Shown here: piece by piece, positions 19,277 to 29,212 of the stretch
How positions within the stretch are numbered: the first letter of the stretch is position 1
How the letters are laid out: the number at the start of each line of letters is the position of its first letter
Origin: Candidatus Heimdallarchaeota archaeon
GTDB taxonomy: Archaea; Asgardarchaeota; Heimdallarchaeia; JABLTI01
Assembly (NCBI GenBank): GCA_018238155.1
Contig: JABCTZ010000011.1
Coordinates: 64,001 to 128,000 of the forward strand
Direction of reading: 5' to 3'
Length of the DNA: 64,000 nucleotides
The notes under the pieces: generated by a model
What the model saw: the letters and a program-made list of their open reading frames with translations, nothing else
Databases searched by the model: none
What the model was told of the DNA's origin: nothing
Translations under genes and position numbers: made by a program

Positions 19277-21350
19277 TTGGGATTCATAAACACTCTACCT
19301 AAAGCCATCACTACCGTTCTTCGAGATTATTCTTTTCCTTCTGGTGTTGATAAAGACACCATTCGCAAAGCTGTTAGGTGTGATGAAGACCTGCTTTTTG
19401 TTACACCAGATCTAGATGAGCAATTGCAGGTTGCAGTTACTTTAGCTCTTCTAAATGCTCGATTTGCCGACTCATCATCTATGATTATTGTGCGAACTTC
19501 TGATGATGCAAGAAAAATATACAGTATACTCAACCCACAACATCAGGTTAACGTTTCTAGTGATAGTGTAACAAATGAAACTATTTCTCCACCAATAGAT
19601 AAATATGCCATTCGTGTTGCTTCCACTTTTTCCAAATTTAAGGGAAATAGCTTCTCTTCAGCTAATGATTGTATAATAATTACAAGCTATGATTGCTTGC
19701 TTCGAAATTTACTCTATCGAAAAAGTTCCGAAGTGGATTTAAAGAACAGAATTACTTTACCACATACAAATGCCTATATTTTCGTTGACCCATTTGGCGA
19801 AAATAGATCTCTACGAAGAGCTTTAGAGAGCTTCATAACTTTTGATATAGATAGCATATTGTTTTTCAAGAGAAGAACAAATAACCTTAACATCAGAATG
19901 CATTATATCTCACCTGGCATAGTTTCTTTAGATGAACAGAAGAATATGCTAAAAGTAACATCAACAGTCAAAATTTCTGGAAATCTTGAGCTTGACTTTA
20001 GTTTTTCAACGGATAGACATGACATTAGAGAAAATCTCCAATCTGTTCTACCATATTTAATGTTATTAAGACTTTATTCTGGGCATCCAACTAAAAAACA
20101 ATTAACACGTCGAGTGCAAAATTCGGTTAATTATCGTTTACTTCAAAACACTCACGAATCAAAAACTAATCCTGAATTTCTTCAGGAAGTTTTAATTGAG
20201 ACATTGTTTCAATCAACTGATTCTACTGAATGCTTATTTGAATCGTATCAGCAAAGTCTTGGAAAATTCGCTCTTGCATTAAGAGCTAATGGAAATTCAG
20301 GAAAATATATCCTCACACCATTTGGCAAGAAGTTTCTCATAGCCTCAACATATTTTAAAGAAATACAAGATGATCCCATTAGTGTTATATTGGATATTAA
20401 AAACAGAACACAGAATGATATTCTAGATTGGAACAGCATCTCAGAAATATTCCATAATTTTACTAATGGAAAATTAGCTTACGATGATCTGCAAATACTG
20501 CTAGGGATATTAAAAACAGAAGCGAATGTTGAAGATGAGACAATTGCTAACATTCTATCCAGAACACAAGATAGTTATTCTGTTTTTAAAGTCTGTAGAT
20601 TACTTGCAAGCTTTCAGGATCATATGACACCTGAAGCAAAAAAGAGCTTCAATATCATTAGCAAGGCATTAGGGCAAAATCTTGACACAGTAAATGAACC
20701 GTTAGTAGGAAAGAAAGATAGATTAGCAATCGAGCAAGCGATAAAAGAAGAACTAGAATTTGCTACAGATCCAATGACAAAAGCACAAATTGCTCTAAAT
20801 CTCTCATTATTGAGTTCTGATGTAAAACAAGCAATTGGTTAATATTAAAAAAAATAGTTCGTTACCACTAAAAACTGTTACAGGAAAACCACCAATAGGG
20901 AGAAATGTTACGTACTATTCTACAAAAGAAATCCCAGAGCATTTCTATAAAAAATGCGGTGACTGTTACTATTTTAGCAAAAATTATTGCATTTTCTGGC
21001 GACGAGTGAAAGAGACTGCAGAGCGAAAAGTCCCAAAAGACAAAATGGGCTATATTTCAACCTCAATTCTTAGAAAAAATACTGTTGCCTGTGAAGCATT
21101 TCTAGAAGTAGAAACAATGGTGATACATTTCACTATTGATGAATTCAATAAAACAGTAACAAAAAGATTTGATGGCTATACTGAAGATGGGGAGGAAAAA
21201 TTTACTCATTTTTGCCCAATCTGTAGTAAGCAAGGAGAAATGGTACCGCTAAAGGCATTAGGCAATGCTGCGTTTCCTCAGCAGGGATCAACTCCGACAA
21301 GATGTCCAAGATGTGGTTCATCATTTAAGCTTTATCAGGAAAGAAATTGA
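19277..21350 (+). CDS. Degenerate SF2 helicase-like / wHTH / Zn-finger protein, split by a probable 1-nt frameshift at 20837-20838
   Basis: ORFs 19277-20842 and 20835-21350 join into a continuous wHTH (PMTKAQIALNLSLLSSDVKQAI-VNIKK..GRNVTYYS); Cys motifs CGDC, CPIC, CPRC; N-terminal RecA-like strand order without Walker motifs; YILTPFGK. Confidence 0.55.
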
Positions 21351-21366
21351 AACATTTAGTAGTTAA

Positions 21367-22872
21367 GTGATAAAAATGACTGAAAAAAATACTGGAAAAC
21401 AACAAATAAAATGTGTGAAAGATAGCAGTCATATACTTTATGACCGGATATACAATTTAACAGGTTTGGCAGCTGAAGAGATAGAAGAAGCAAGAACTAA
21501 TTTAGGAACTCCTATTTATCAAGGCTATGATGTACGATTGATCGATGATGATCTGTTTATTGGAGATGTAAGGTATAAACTAAAGGATATTAAATTCATC
21601 TTTGATTATGCAGGCATTCAAGAAGAGATTAAACAACGATTGCTTGATTATGGCTGTTATTATGAACGGAAAACTAATTTGAGTGGATGGTTTAATGTCG
21701 AAAGAATCGAGCCAAAAAGAGCTGTTTATGTTGATGCTATTAGATTAAGCAATGGGTTCAACAATCTCTATCTAAAATCAGTGATCAAGAGTGACCTTAG
21801 CATTATCTTCGCACTGCAAGGAATGATACCCGATCAAAGAGTGCTAAAGAAGTATGTAGATAAAATTGGTGATGCATATCTCTATGGCTATCACAGTCAT
21901 GCAAATAAGCTATGCAATTCAGCAGAAGGTTTAGCAGCAGATGTTCTCTGGGAATTCACTAACAAGCTGATAGAACCTTACAACTTTAAAATAAGTAATC
22001 GAATTTCTGACCGACTCTGCCAATTGAGACGCATGGTTGGAAATTATAGCAGTATGGCAAAAACAGCTACAGATGCCTTATTTAACACCACATACCAACT
22101 CTTTGAGGAAGAAATATGGAAGATTCTTGAAGAGAAAAAAATTAATTATTTGGGAGTTGGCGGTTTTTCACATTTCAGTTATTATTCAGACCTTTCTTGG
22201 ATGGGATTGCCATTAGATCTTGGTGATGCATTAAAGAAAGGAGGGCACTATACATTAGTCGATACTATATTAGCTGAAGAAATAACTCATGAAGATATTA
22301 AGCGGCTAACTGCATTCAAAGGAGAGGATAATTATACTGTTACGAAATATGGGTGTGACATCCTCTATGAGAAGAAGGAAGAACTTTTCGAAAGCTCATG
22401 CTTTTATCGTGGGAAACAATATTCATCTTTTAGAGAAGCTTGCAGGGAAGAAATTGACAAATTTGATCGCCTATTATCGAATATCGGTGATAGATTAGAA
22501 GAGGAGCATCTGTCTATTAAAAGCCCTGATCTAGGGAATAATTTAGCCGTTAAACTCTGGCGATTAACGTTAGACTGGGAATATTTGCCAGCAAAATTGA
22601 GGGAGAACCTGGGAGAAAGTGTTTTTCAAATATGTCAAGAAGAGATCCAAAAGCTTGACTTTCAGCCATTAGTATGGATGCGATCGAAACACATAGAACA
22701 AAGAGTGAATCAGGAAATTGCTAATTTTGAGGAACTTGCATTCTTATTTACTGATAGGGAAGAAAAGCACCACCAAAAACATGGCAGAAAAATCGGTCAA
22801 TTATCACCAATCACTAAAGAATTCAGTGAAACATTATTGGAGTTACCTGTATCATGGATAAACTTGGAGTAA
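21367..22872 (+). CDS. cas1: Highly diverged Cas1 homolog (not linked to a visible CRISPR array)
   Basis: AEGLAADVLW (E187), TDALFNTTYQLFEEEI, GGFSH (H269), LPLDLGDALK (D284/D287), followed by YTVTKYG..FYRGKQYSSFR; the motif order matches Cas1/casposase. Confidence 0.75.
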   Translation: MIKMTEKNTGKQQIKCVKDSSHILYDRIYNLTGLAAEEIEEARTNLGTPIYQGYDVRLIDDDLFIGDVRYKLKDIKFIFDYAGIQEEIKQRLLDYGCYYERKTNLSGWFNVERIEPKRAVYVDAIRLSNGFNNLYLKSVIKSDLSIIFALQGMIPDQRVLKKYVDKIGDAYLYGYHSHANKLCNSAEGLAADVLWEFTNKLIEPYNFKISNRISDRLCQLRRMVGNYSSMAKTATDALFNTTYQLFEEEIWKILEEKKINYLGVGGFSHFSYYSDLSWMGLPLDLGDALKKGGHYTLVDTILAEEITHEDIKRLTAFKGEDNYTVTKYGCDILYEKKEELFESSCFYRGKQYSSFREACREEIDKFDRLLSNIGDRLEEEHLSIKSPDLGNNLAVKLWRLTLDWEYLPAKLRENLGESVFQICQEEIQKLDFQPLVWMRSKHIEQRVNQEIANFEELAFLFTDREEKHHQKHGRKIGQLSPITKEFSETLLELPVSWINLE

Positions 22873-23093
22873 TGCTCTTTTTGCTAAAGGAGTACAATGA
22901 ATTTGGCACTATTCATCCAAAGAGCGCAAAAGAGATCTCTATAGAGGTGGAATTGGCTCCCAGTGAAACATATCTTACTCTTGAGACATTACAGCAAGAT
23001 GGATTGATCTGGCGAGTGGGTAGGAAAAATCTTTACAGGTATGGTATTAAGGAAGAATCTTTAGCTCATCTAAACAAGCTATTCTCTGCTTAA
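22872..23093 (+). CDS. Small winged-helix protein
   Basis: TAATG coupling to the Cas1-like gene; SAKEISIEVELAPSETYLTLETLQQDGLIWR..YRY. Confidence 0.7.
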   Translation: MLFLLKEYNEFGTIHPKSAKEISIEVELAPSETYLTLETLQQDGLIWRVGRKNLYRYGIKEESLAHLNKLFSA

Positions 23094-23107
23094 TTAATGG
23101 TAAACAA

Positions 23108-23404
23108 TTGCCGTCTGAGATGTTAATTGATTATCAGAAGCTTGATGAAGTAGCAGAAAATTATGAGAAGAAGTTTGAGATAGAGAAACAAGAAGGGCTC
23201 CTTGTGAAGGAGATCAAGGCATTGCTTAGTCAACTGGTCTTTATTGAATATAATAACCGATTCGACATGATTGATTCAGCTGTTGATGATATTGTTGAGG
23301 CTTGTTCTCCTGAAAATTTAGATGAAAAATTCGAGCAATTTTTAGAGGATAAGCTTGAATCAATTTGGGAATATATTATCAGTGCAAGATTGGTGGAGGG
23401 ATAA
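23108..23404 (+). CDS. Small acidic helical hypothetical protein
   Basis: 98-aa ORF tightly packed in the operon. Confidence 0.6.
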   Translation: MPSEMLIDYQKLDEVAENYEKKFEIEKQEGLLVKEIKALLSQLVFIEYNNRFDMIDSAVDDIVEACSPENLDEKFEQFLEDKLESIWEYIISARLVEG

Positions 23405-23407
23405 GGA

Positions 23408-25735
23408 ATGTCTCGAGGAATTCTTGTAAAATCGGTTTTTGATTTGCCACCATCAGTGTGTAAAGTATCTGATTGCTATGTAGGCGATGACGAAGTTGGA
23501 TTAGAGAATATAGGAAAAAGTATCCAAGAGCTATTCTCACACAAGCTCTACTCTTATCAATTAGAAGCAATTAGAACTGTACTCAAAGGAAATGATTGTT
23601 TCCTTGCTGTTGGAACAGGTTCTGGAAAATCTGAAGCATTTTTATTCCCAATTTTGGAGGATATCGTTGCCGGAAAAATTAATTGTGCGATTATAATTTA
23701 TCCAACAAAACAACTAGCAGAGGATCAAGAACAACGCATTGCAAAATACTGCAATAAGATTCATGAAACGACCGGCAAAAGAATTACTTACAGTAGGTAC
23801 AATGGTGATTTAACTCGAAAGGAAATTGACTTTGTAGAAAAAAGTAAACCAAATATTATTCTTGCAACTATTGACAAATTATTTTATCGTTTCTTTAAGG
23901 AAGGCAATGAAGACTTTCTTGATTGGCTGCTCAATGCTGGTGCTTTCGTTGTTGATGAGATTCATGCCGGCTCAGGAGGATATTTAGATCATGTTCGAGA
24001 AATAATTTCAATCTTGAAAAAGATTAATCCAACTTTAAGAGTTATTCTTGCTTCCGCTACTGTAAAGGAAGTGGAAACTTTTCGCGATAAATTTCTCCCA
24101 TCAGCTCAAATAATTACAGGAAATGCTACAAGAGGTTCTGTTAGAGTGATGATTCTTCAGCCAGAGTCAATAGAAGATCTGCTTTTGGAAAAGATAGACC
24201 CCTATTTGTGCAAAGTAAAAGGAGTTTGCGTAATTTTTGTTGATGATATTCGAAAGGTAGGTGAGTTGGTTGCAAAATGTAATGAACTGTATAAGAAAAA
24301 AACAAACATACCTGATGAAATCCTAAGAATACATTCACCATTTGCTTGCATTAATAGTCAGTTAAATAGTCAAGAGAAAACATACGTTGTAAAAGGAGTT
24401 CATAATGGTACAATTAGGTTTGTGTTTACAACGTCCTTATTGGAACTGGGGATGGACATACCAAATATCGTTCATATAATAAATATTTCTTGGCCCATTA
24501 CGGGAGTTAATGGTCTATTGCAACGATTGGGGAGATTGCGATTTGTAGACCTTTCCGAGAAAAAGAATTTCTCATTAGTGCTAAATCCAGAAAGAACAAT
24601 TGATGAATATTACTTGAGCCATCCTGAAAAAATAGAAGAAATCATGATGAAAAACAAGACTGAACGAATATTATTTGACTCAAAATCATTGCAAAGAGCA
24701 CAAGCATTCGTTCTCTTAAGACTTGTTCTTGGTGTAACTAAAATTAAAGATATCTTATCCCTATGCACAGATGAGCTAGATAACGGAATTACACGAACCG
24801 CAATATCATTACTTTTCGCCAAAGGTTTGTTATCAACTGAAAATCATCACTTGCCGTTTCTGGAAAGAACCTTAATTATAGCAGAAAGAAATGAAGTTAA
24901 TGCTTTTATTCGAAAGCATCGTATTCGCTCAACTGAATACCAATGGGAAATAATACTGAAGAATTCCAAAAATCAAGAAGAAAAAATCGCTTCAATAGAT
25001 GAACGACGAATAATCTTTTCAGCTTTGCAAAGGAATTTGTTACATCTAGGAAGCAAAGGGAATGTTTTTCGAGTAAAAAGTTTGACTAATGAAAAAGTGT
25101 TCGTTGAAAAGCTAAATATCATCAAAACAAATATTGAACGAAACAAAGTAAAGCCACCAATTTTTATTATCGATGGTCAATCTAGAACGCAGCAATTTGA
25201 ACAGCTAAATATTAGATTTGGAAGGATGATCATTCGCTGGGAAACAAGTGAAATAAAGGAATATTCTCGAGATGGACAATTACTTGAAAACCAAATGAAA
25301 AAGTCAACTCAAGGAAATGACACATTAGTAGTTACTGATAATGAAAAGCGTCAAAATCACATTTGGGATGAAAAAACAAGTGGAGTGCTCATAGAATTTG
25401 TGAACATCTCAAAAGCTCTTACCAACAAACAAAAGAAACAATCACTAAGGCTATTTAGAGAATTACTGGTGAAAAGTATTGAGCTAGAGCTTCACATCTC
25501 AGAATCATCATTTCGCACATATTTGAATAATTTTGAAAACAAAATTGCTCTTTATGATCGAGGTGGGGAGCTGGGAAATGCTGAAGCAGTTTTCACACAA
25601 ATAAAACGAGTGCTAAAGCACATGCTCAGCTTATTGCTTGAGAATACAAACGACTCTATACTCCCTCTAGTTGGCAATATCTCGGAAAAATCAATAGAAA
25701 TAACCAAAAAAATGTTAGAGGAGATGGTAAAGTAA
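23408..25735 (+). CDS. DEAD/DEAH SF2 helicase, Hrq1/YprA-like, with a degenerate DUF1998-like tail
   Basis: LYSYQ, GTGSGKS, YPTKQLAEDQ, VDEIH, SAT, TSLLELGMDI, QRLGR; tail IALYDRGGELG without terminal cysteines. Confidence 0.85.
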   Translation: MSRGILVKSVFDLPPSVCKVSDCYVGDDEVGLENIGKSIQELFSHKLYSYQLEAIRTVLKGNDCFLAVGTGSGKSEAFLFPILEDIVAGKINCAIIIYPTKQLAEDQEQRIAKYCNKIHETTGKRITYSRYNGDLTRKEIDFVEKSKPNIILATIDKLFYRFFKEGNEDFLDWLLNAGAFVVDEIHAGSGGYLDHVREIISILKKINPTLRVILASATVKEVETFRDKFLPSAQIITGNATRGSVRVMILQPESIEDLLLEKIDPYLCKVKGVCVIFVDDIRKVGELVAKCNELYKKKTNIPDEILRIHSPFACINSQLNSQEKTYVVKGVHNGTIRFVFTTSLLELGMDIPNIVHIINISWPITGVNGLLQRLGRLRFVDLSEKKNFSLVLNPERTIDEYYLSHPEKIEEIMMKNKTERILFDSKSLQRAQAFVLLRLVLGVTKIKDILSLCTDELDNGITRTAISLLFAKGLLSTENHHLPFLERTLIIAERNEVNAFIRKHRIRSTEYQWEIILKNSKNQEEKIASIDERRIIFSALQRNLLHLGSKGNVFRVKSLTNEKVFVEKLNIIKTNIERNKVKPPIFIIDGQSRTQQFEQLNIRFGRMIIRWETSEIKEYSRDGQLLENQMKKSTQGNDTLVVTDNEKRQNHIWDEKTSGVLIEFVNISKALTNKQKKQSLRLFRELLVKSIELELHISESSFRTYLNNFENKIALYDRGGELGNAEAVFTQIKRVLKHMLSLLLENTNDSILPLVGNISEKSIEITKKMLEEMVK

Positions 25736-25736
25736 A

Positions 25737-26408
25737 ATGCCTGATACAGTAATAATTGGTGATGTTCATCTTGGAGCAGATGGTTGTTTAAAGGAGGAAT
25801 TCAAAGAAGCACTGCTGAGCGTTGCAGAAGAAGTGGATCTAATTCTATTCAATGGTGACTTTATCGATAATTATGGAGAGAAGGGAAAAAAAGCTCTTGA
25901 ACAATTCTTAGAATGGATAGACAATAAAAGTTGGAAAGAAAAAATAGTCTTCATAACTGGTGGTATGGGTCACGAGGGAAATATTCTATTTGATTGTCCT
26001 ACAATTCAAATTTTGCCTTGGGCAATTTTAAACACAAAAGAAGGGCGAATTATTGTCTGTCATGGACATAATATTGGTCTGGTGAAAAAAGATGATGAGA
26101 CGTGGGTAGAAGCATCCTGTCGACTTAAGCAGCGCTTAGTGCGCAATGGTTCTGAGTTCTTGCCAGAGATTTTATCGACAGACAAGATTATTATCAGCCA
26201 CACTCATGTACCATTTTACAAAATGGATAATGGTATGTTTGCAACAGGGGGATGGCGAATAAAAGAGGACTGGTCTGAGGACTATATCAGAAGGAATGTT
26301 GGAGTGTTTATCATAATAGATGATGAAGATAGAGATGACCCAATAAAAATGAAAAGATGGTTAAATGATAAAAAGGGAAGAAAAATTGGTGGACCGGATG
26401 GAATTTGA
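25737..26408 (+). CDS. Calcineurin-like metallophosphoesterase
   Basis: GDVH, GDFID, GHE, HGH, SHTH; last codons overlap the tRNA 3' end antisense. Confidence 0.85.
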   Translation: MPDTVIIGDVHLGADGCLKEEFKEALLSVAEEVDLILFNGDFIDNYGEKGKKALEQFLEWIDNKSWKEKIVFITGGMGHEGNILFDCPTIQILPWAILNTKEGRIIVCHGHNIGLVKKDDETWVEASCRLKQRLVRNGSEFLPEILSTDKIIISHTHVPFYKMDNGMFATGGWRIKEDWSEDYIRRNVGVFIIIDDEDRDDPIKMKRWLNDKKGRKIGGPDGI

Positions 26409-26494
26409 ATCCATGGCCTCCTCAATTTTTTTCTTATAGGACGCATCCTTTAAGATTGCAAATGAGGCGATCTACCAGTCTGATCTACCGGCCC
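26387..26494 (-). tRNA. tRNA-Ala(TGC) with ~31-nt intron (about 26426-26456), CCA encoded
   Basis: GGGCCGG/CCGGTCC acceptor stem with G3:U70, D arm, CCTCA-TTTGCA..TGAGG anticodon arm, TTCAAAT T loop; self-complementary intron. Confidence 0.93.
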
Positions 26495-26571
26495 TGTTAG
26501 TTATTTTTTTTGAGTATGTTTCTCTTTTTGAATCTTTGTATTAGGAAATTCTTTCTTCTTTTTCTTTCTTT

Positions 26572-27444
26572 TTACTTTGCATAAGTTACTATTATTAATA
26601 CATTTAGCAGTACATGTCCTACTGATACGCCAAAGATATTTTCTGTTTCCATTACTGTTATTCCTGTTAGCACTCCTGATACTATAATGAATATTATTGA
26701 ATTGCCCACTCCAATATAATTTTGCAACCAGAAGAATTCTTGTATATGTCCACCTAGCCAGGCAATATTTTGTAGAATGAATCCTAATATTTTCCCGCTT
26801 TTTATCTCCAGAGCTCCTTTAAACAGTTTCAGTGAACCTTTTGCTTGGCTAAATTGTATTTGTATGAATGCTTTTGAATAGAATTCGAAAACAAGGACAT
26901 TTATTGCAAAGAACGCTATTAGAGTCACCCACTCCCCTGGTCCAAAAAGAAAATAACTTATCTGATTTACATTTGTCAAATATTTTTGTGAAAGTAGTAT
27001 CCAAGGGTAAAATAGTCCTGCGTGCATTACACACCCTTGTATTAAGCTGCTTATGACTTTCTTTGTAGACATTCCTTTTTTCGTTGCCAAAAAGAAATAT
27101 TTTGCTTTGCCCGTTTTTATTTGAAAAACAGTTAAATAAATTATTGGGACCACTACAAAACAAATTAATGCTAAAAAAACATGAAAATAATATTCGCTTC
27201 CAAACATCTCAAAATGTCCAAGATATTCTACTGGAAAATAAATGGCTAAAGCAATTATTCCAACAATAATATTAGCGATCACTGCGTCTTTCAAGCTTAA
27301 CTCATTCGTTTTATCTCCCTCAAAATAAAATTCCATCACTCGAGTAGATTTTATTTGATGTGCAGTAACAGAAGTGTCTGTTTTTTTTTCCGACATTTGG
27401 TCTGTTCCTTTTTGACCCTTAGATATTTCTTCTGCTTTTGTCAT
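26572..27444 (-). CDS. CPBP (CAAX protease-like) intramembrane protein
   Basis: Multiple TMs; FEFYSKAF, GGH, GHVLLN. Confidence 0.65.
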   Translation of the reverse strand: MTKAEEISKGQKGTDQMSEKKTDTSVTAHQIKSTRVMEFYFEGDKTNELSLKDAVIANIIVGIIALAIYFPVEYLGHFEMFGSEYYFHVFLALICFVVVPIIYLTVFQIKTGKAKYFFLATKKGMSTKKVISSLIQGCVMHAGLFYPWILLSQKYLTNVNQISYFLFGPGEWVTLIAFFAINVLVFEFYSKAFIQIQFSQAKGSLKLFKGALEIKSGKILGFILQNIAWLGGHIQEFFWLQNYIGVGNSIIFIIVSGVLTGITVMETENIFGVSVGHVLLNVLIIVTYAK

Positions 27445-27829
27445 AGAACAATTAACTACAATATGATTTAATTAAGCTTCCTTTTTCGAGTCATAATTCT
27501 CTATTGGCAAGAAGTGTTATTAAAAGCGAATATTGACTAATGTGTTTAATTTCTCTTTTTTCTTGCAATTGAAATAAATCTTGAAGGAATAATATATCCA
27601 AAAAACAAAATACTGGTAGGAAGAGAAATAGGTTTTGTTCCAGACGTGATGACATAATAACCAAAAAAATATAAGTACCATTGGAAATATTTCAATGTTG
27701 TTAAGTGATGTAGAAACACTCAGTACTACAATAAATGTTGATGTTTCTTTCACTGACATGAAACAGCTGACTTGGAGAGGATAATTGCCTTAAAGAAGAG
27801 CTGGTTTGAAGCAAAGGTTGAGAAGTTAA

Positions 27830-29212
27830 ATGTCTAACGAAAACTCATTTGATAGCACCCGCGGGATTATCTGCGATTTACATTGTCATTCTTCGTATGC
27901 TGGTGGCACTGGTAGTTTAGATTTACGTACTGCAGTAGAAAACATGCCAATGAAAGGCGTGCAATTAGTTGGTACAGGTGATTGTCTTTTTCAGCCATGG
28001 TTGAAAACTCTGAAAGAACAATTACATGATCCTGCTGAAACTGGTATTTTCGAATTGAAAGATGCTTCAGAGCAAGACAGAGCTACTAAATTTGTTCTCC
28101 AAACTGAATTAGCTTTTACTGCTCCTATCGGAGTAAATAGGAAAGTAGTTCATTGTGTTTTTCTCTGGCCAAGTTTTGATGTAGTTGATGAAGCAATTCA
28201 AGTGATAGAAAAAATGGGCGTAAAGAATTCTATGGGTCGTCCTTTTGTTACCAATAATTCTATCGAGGAAGTTGGCTCGAAAATTAATACCATGTTGGAC
28301 ATCGATCCGTTAGTAGAATTTTTCCCAGCACATATTTTAGTTCCTTTAGGGATTTATGGTCCAAAACCTTCCATAACACGTATGTCCGATTATTTTGGTG
28401 ATGCTGCAGAGCGAATCCATGCTTTTGAAACCGGATTAAGCGCCGATCCAACAATTACTGCTCTGATACCCGAATTAGATAAGCTTACTTTACTTTCAAA
28501 TAGTGATGCGCACTCTGCAGCTCTAAATCGCCTTGGAAGAGAATTAACGAGTTTAGATATGAAAAAAATGACTTTTGCAGAATTAATTGATACTATTAGA
28601 AACAATCGAGTTTGTTATACAGCTGAATTTCATCCTTCTGAAGGACGTTATTTCCTAACAGGACATAGAGCGGGTGTAAACAACCACAAGGCTGACGAGT
28701 ACTGTGTATTTTCTCCTGATACTGCACCCAAGGATATGATATGCCCGATTTGTGATTTAAGTTTGAAACCAGGCGTTCTTCAGAGAGCAATGGAATTAGC
28801 AAAAGCACAAGGCAGTGAAAGGGTCTATGGTACGATGTATGGTCCAAAAAGAAACTTTTACCGAATGGTTCCACTTGTAGAAATTATTGCAAATGGTATT
28901 GGAATCAAGAGCCCAAACACAAAAAGTGTAAGAAAAATTTACGAATTAATAATTGGAGCTATAGGCAATGAATGCAAATTATGGACCACTCCTCTTGCTG
29001 AACTAGAAGAGCTTCTCCAAAAATTAGTTGCTGAAAAAATAGCTAATGCAATCATTCAAGTGCGTCAAGGGAATTTTTGCTTCGCCCCACCAGGATTCGA
29101 TGGCAGCTATGGAGAACTAACTGTTGGAGCAACATCAGATTATTATGGAATTAAGATCATCAAAGGAGAAATAAAAAACAAAAAACAAAGAATCTTAGAT
29201 GATTTTAGCTAG
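27830..29212 (+). CDS. Endonuclease Q-family PHP-domain protein
   Basis: DLHCHS, GTGD, PAH, ETGLSAD, SNSDAHS, LGRE, GRY..GHR, CPIC, PGFDGSYG. Confidence 0.85.
   Translation: MSNENSFDSTRGIICDLHCHSSYAGGTGSLDLRTAVENMPMKGVQLVGTGDCLFQPWLKTLKEQLHDPAETGIFELKDASEQDRATKFVLQTELAFTAPIGVNRKVVHCVFLWPSFDVVDEAIQVIEKMGVKNSMGRPFVTNNSIEEVGSKINTMLDIDPLVEFFPAHILVPLGIYGPKPSITRMSDYFGDAAERIHAFETGLSADPTITALIPELDKLTLLSNSDAHSAALNRLGRELTSLDMKKMTFAELIDTIRNNRVCYTAEFHPSEGRYFLTGHRAGVNNHKADEYCVFSPDTAPKDMICPICDLSLKPGVLQRAMELAKAQGSERVYGTMYGPKRNFYRMVPLVEIIANGIGIKSPNTKSVRKIYELIIGAIGNECKLWTTPLAELEELLQKLVAEKIANAIIQVRQGNFCFAPPGFDGSYGELTVGATSDYYGIKIIKGEIKNKKQRILDDFS

Larger units (their letters stand above)
1383..26421. mobile_element. 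Compound genomic island (three stacked segments) integrated at the tRNA-Ala(TGC) 3' end
   Basis: Bounded by the intact tRNA 3' half (26387) and a 29-bp identical copy at 1383; internal copies at 5366 and 12690; cargo of RM, nuclease, helicase, ArdC and Cas1-like genes. Confidence 0.85.

Noticed and set aside
23408-25735. Cas3 or DISARM DrmAB assignment for the helicase
   Set aside because: No HD domain, no cas5/cas7-like genes recognised, and no DISARM partner genes in the operon
12690-26421. Canonical casposon
   Set aside because: No family B polymerase gene and no terminal inverted repeats found by eye next to the tRNA-derived repeats
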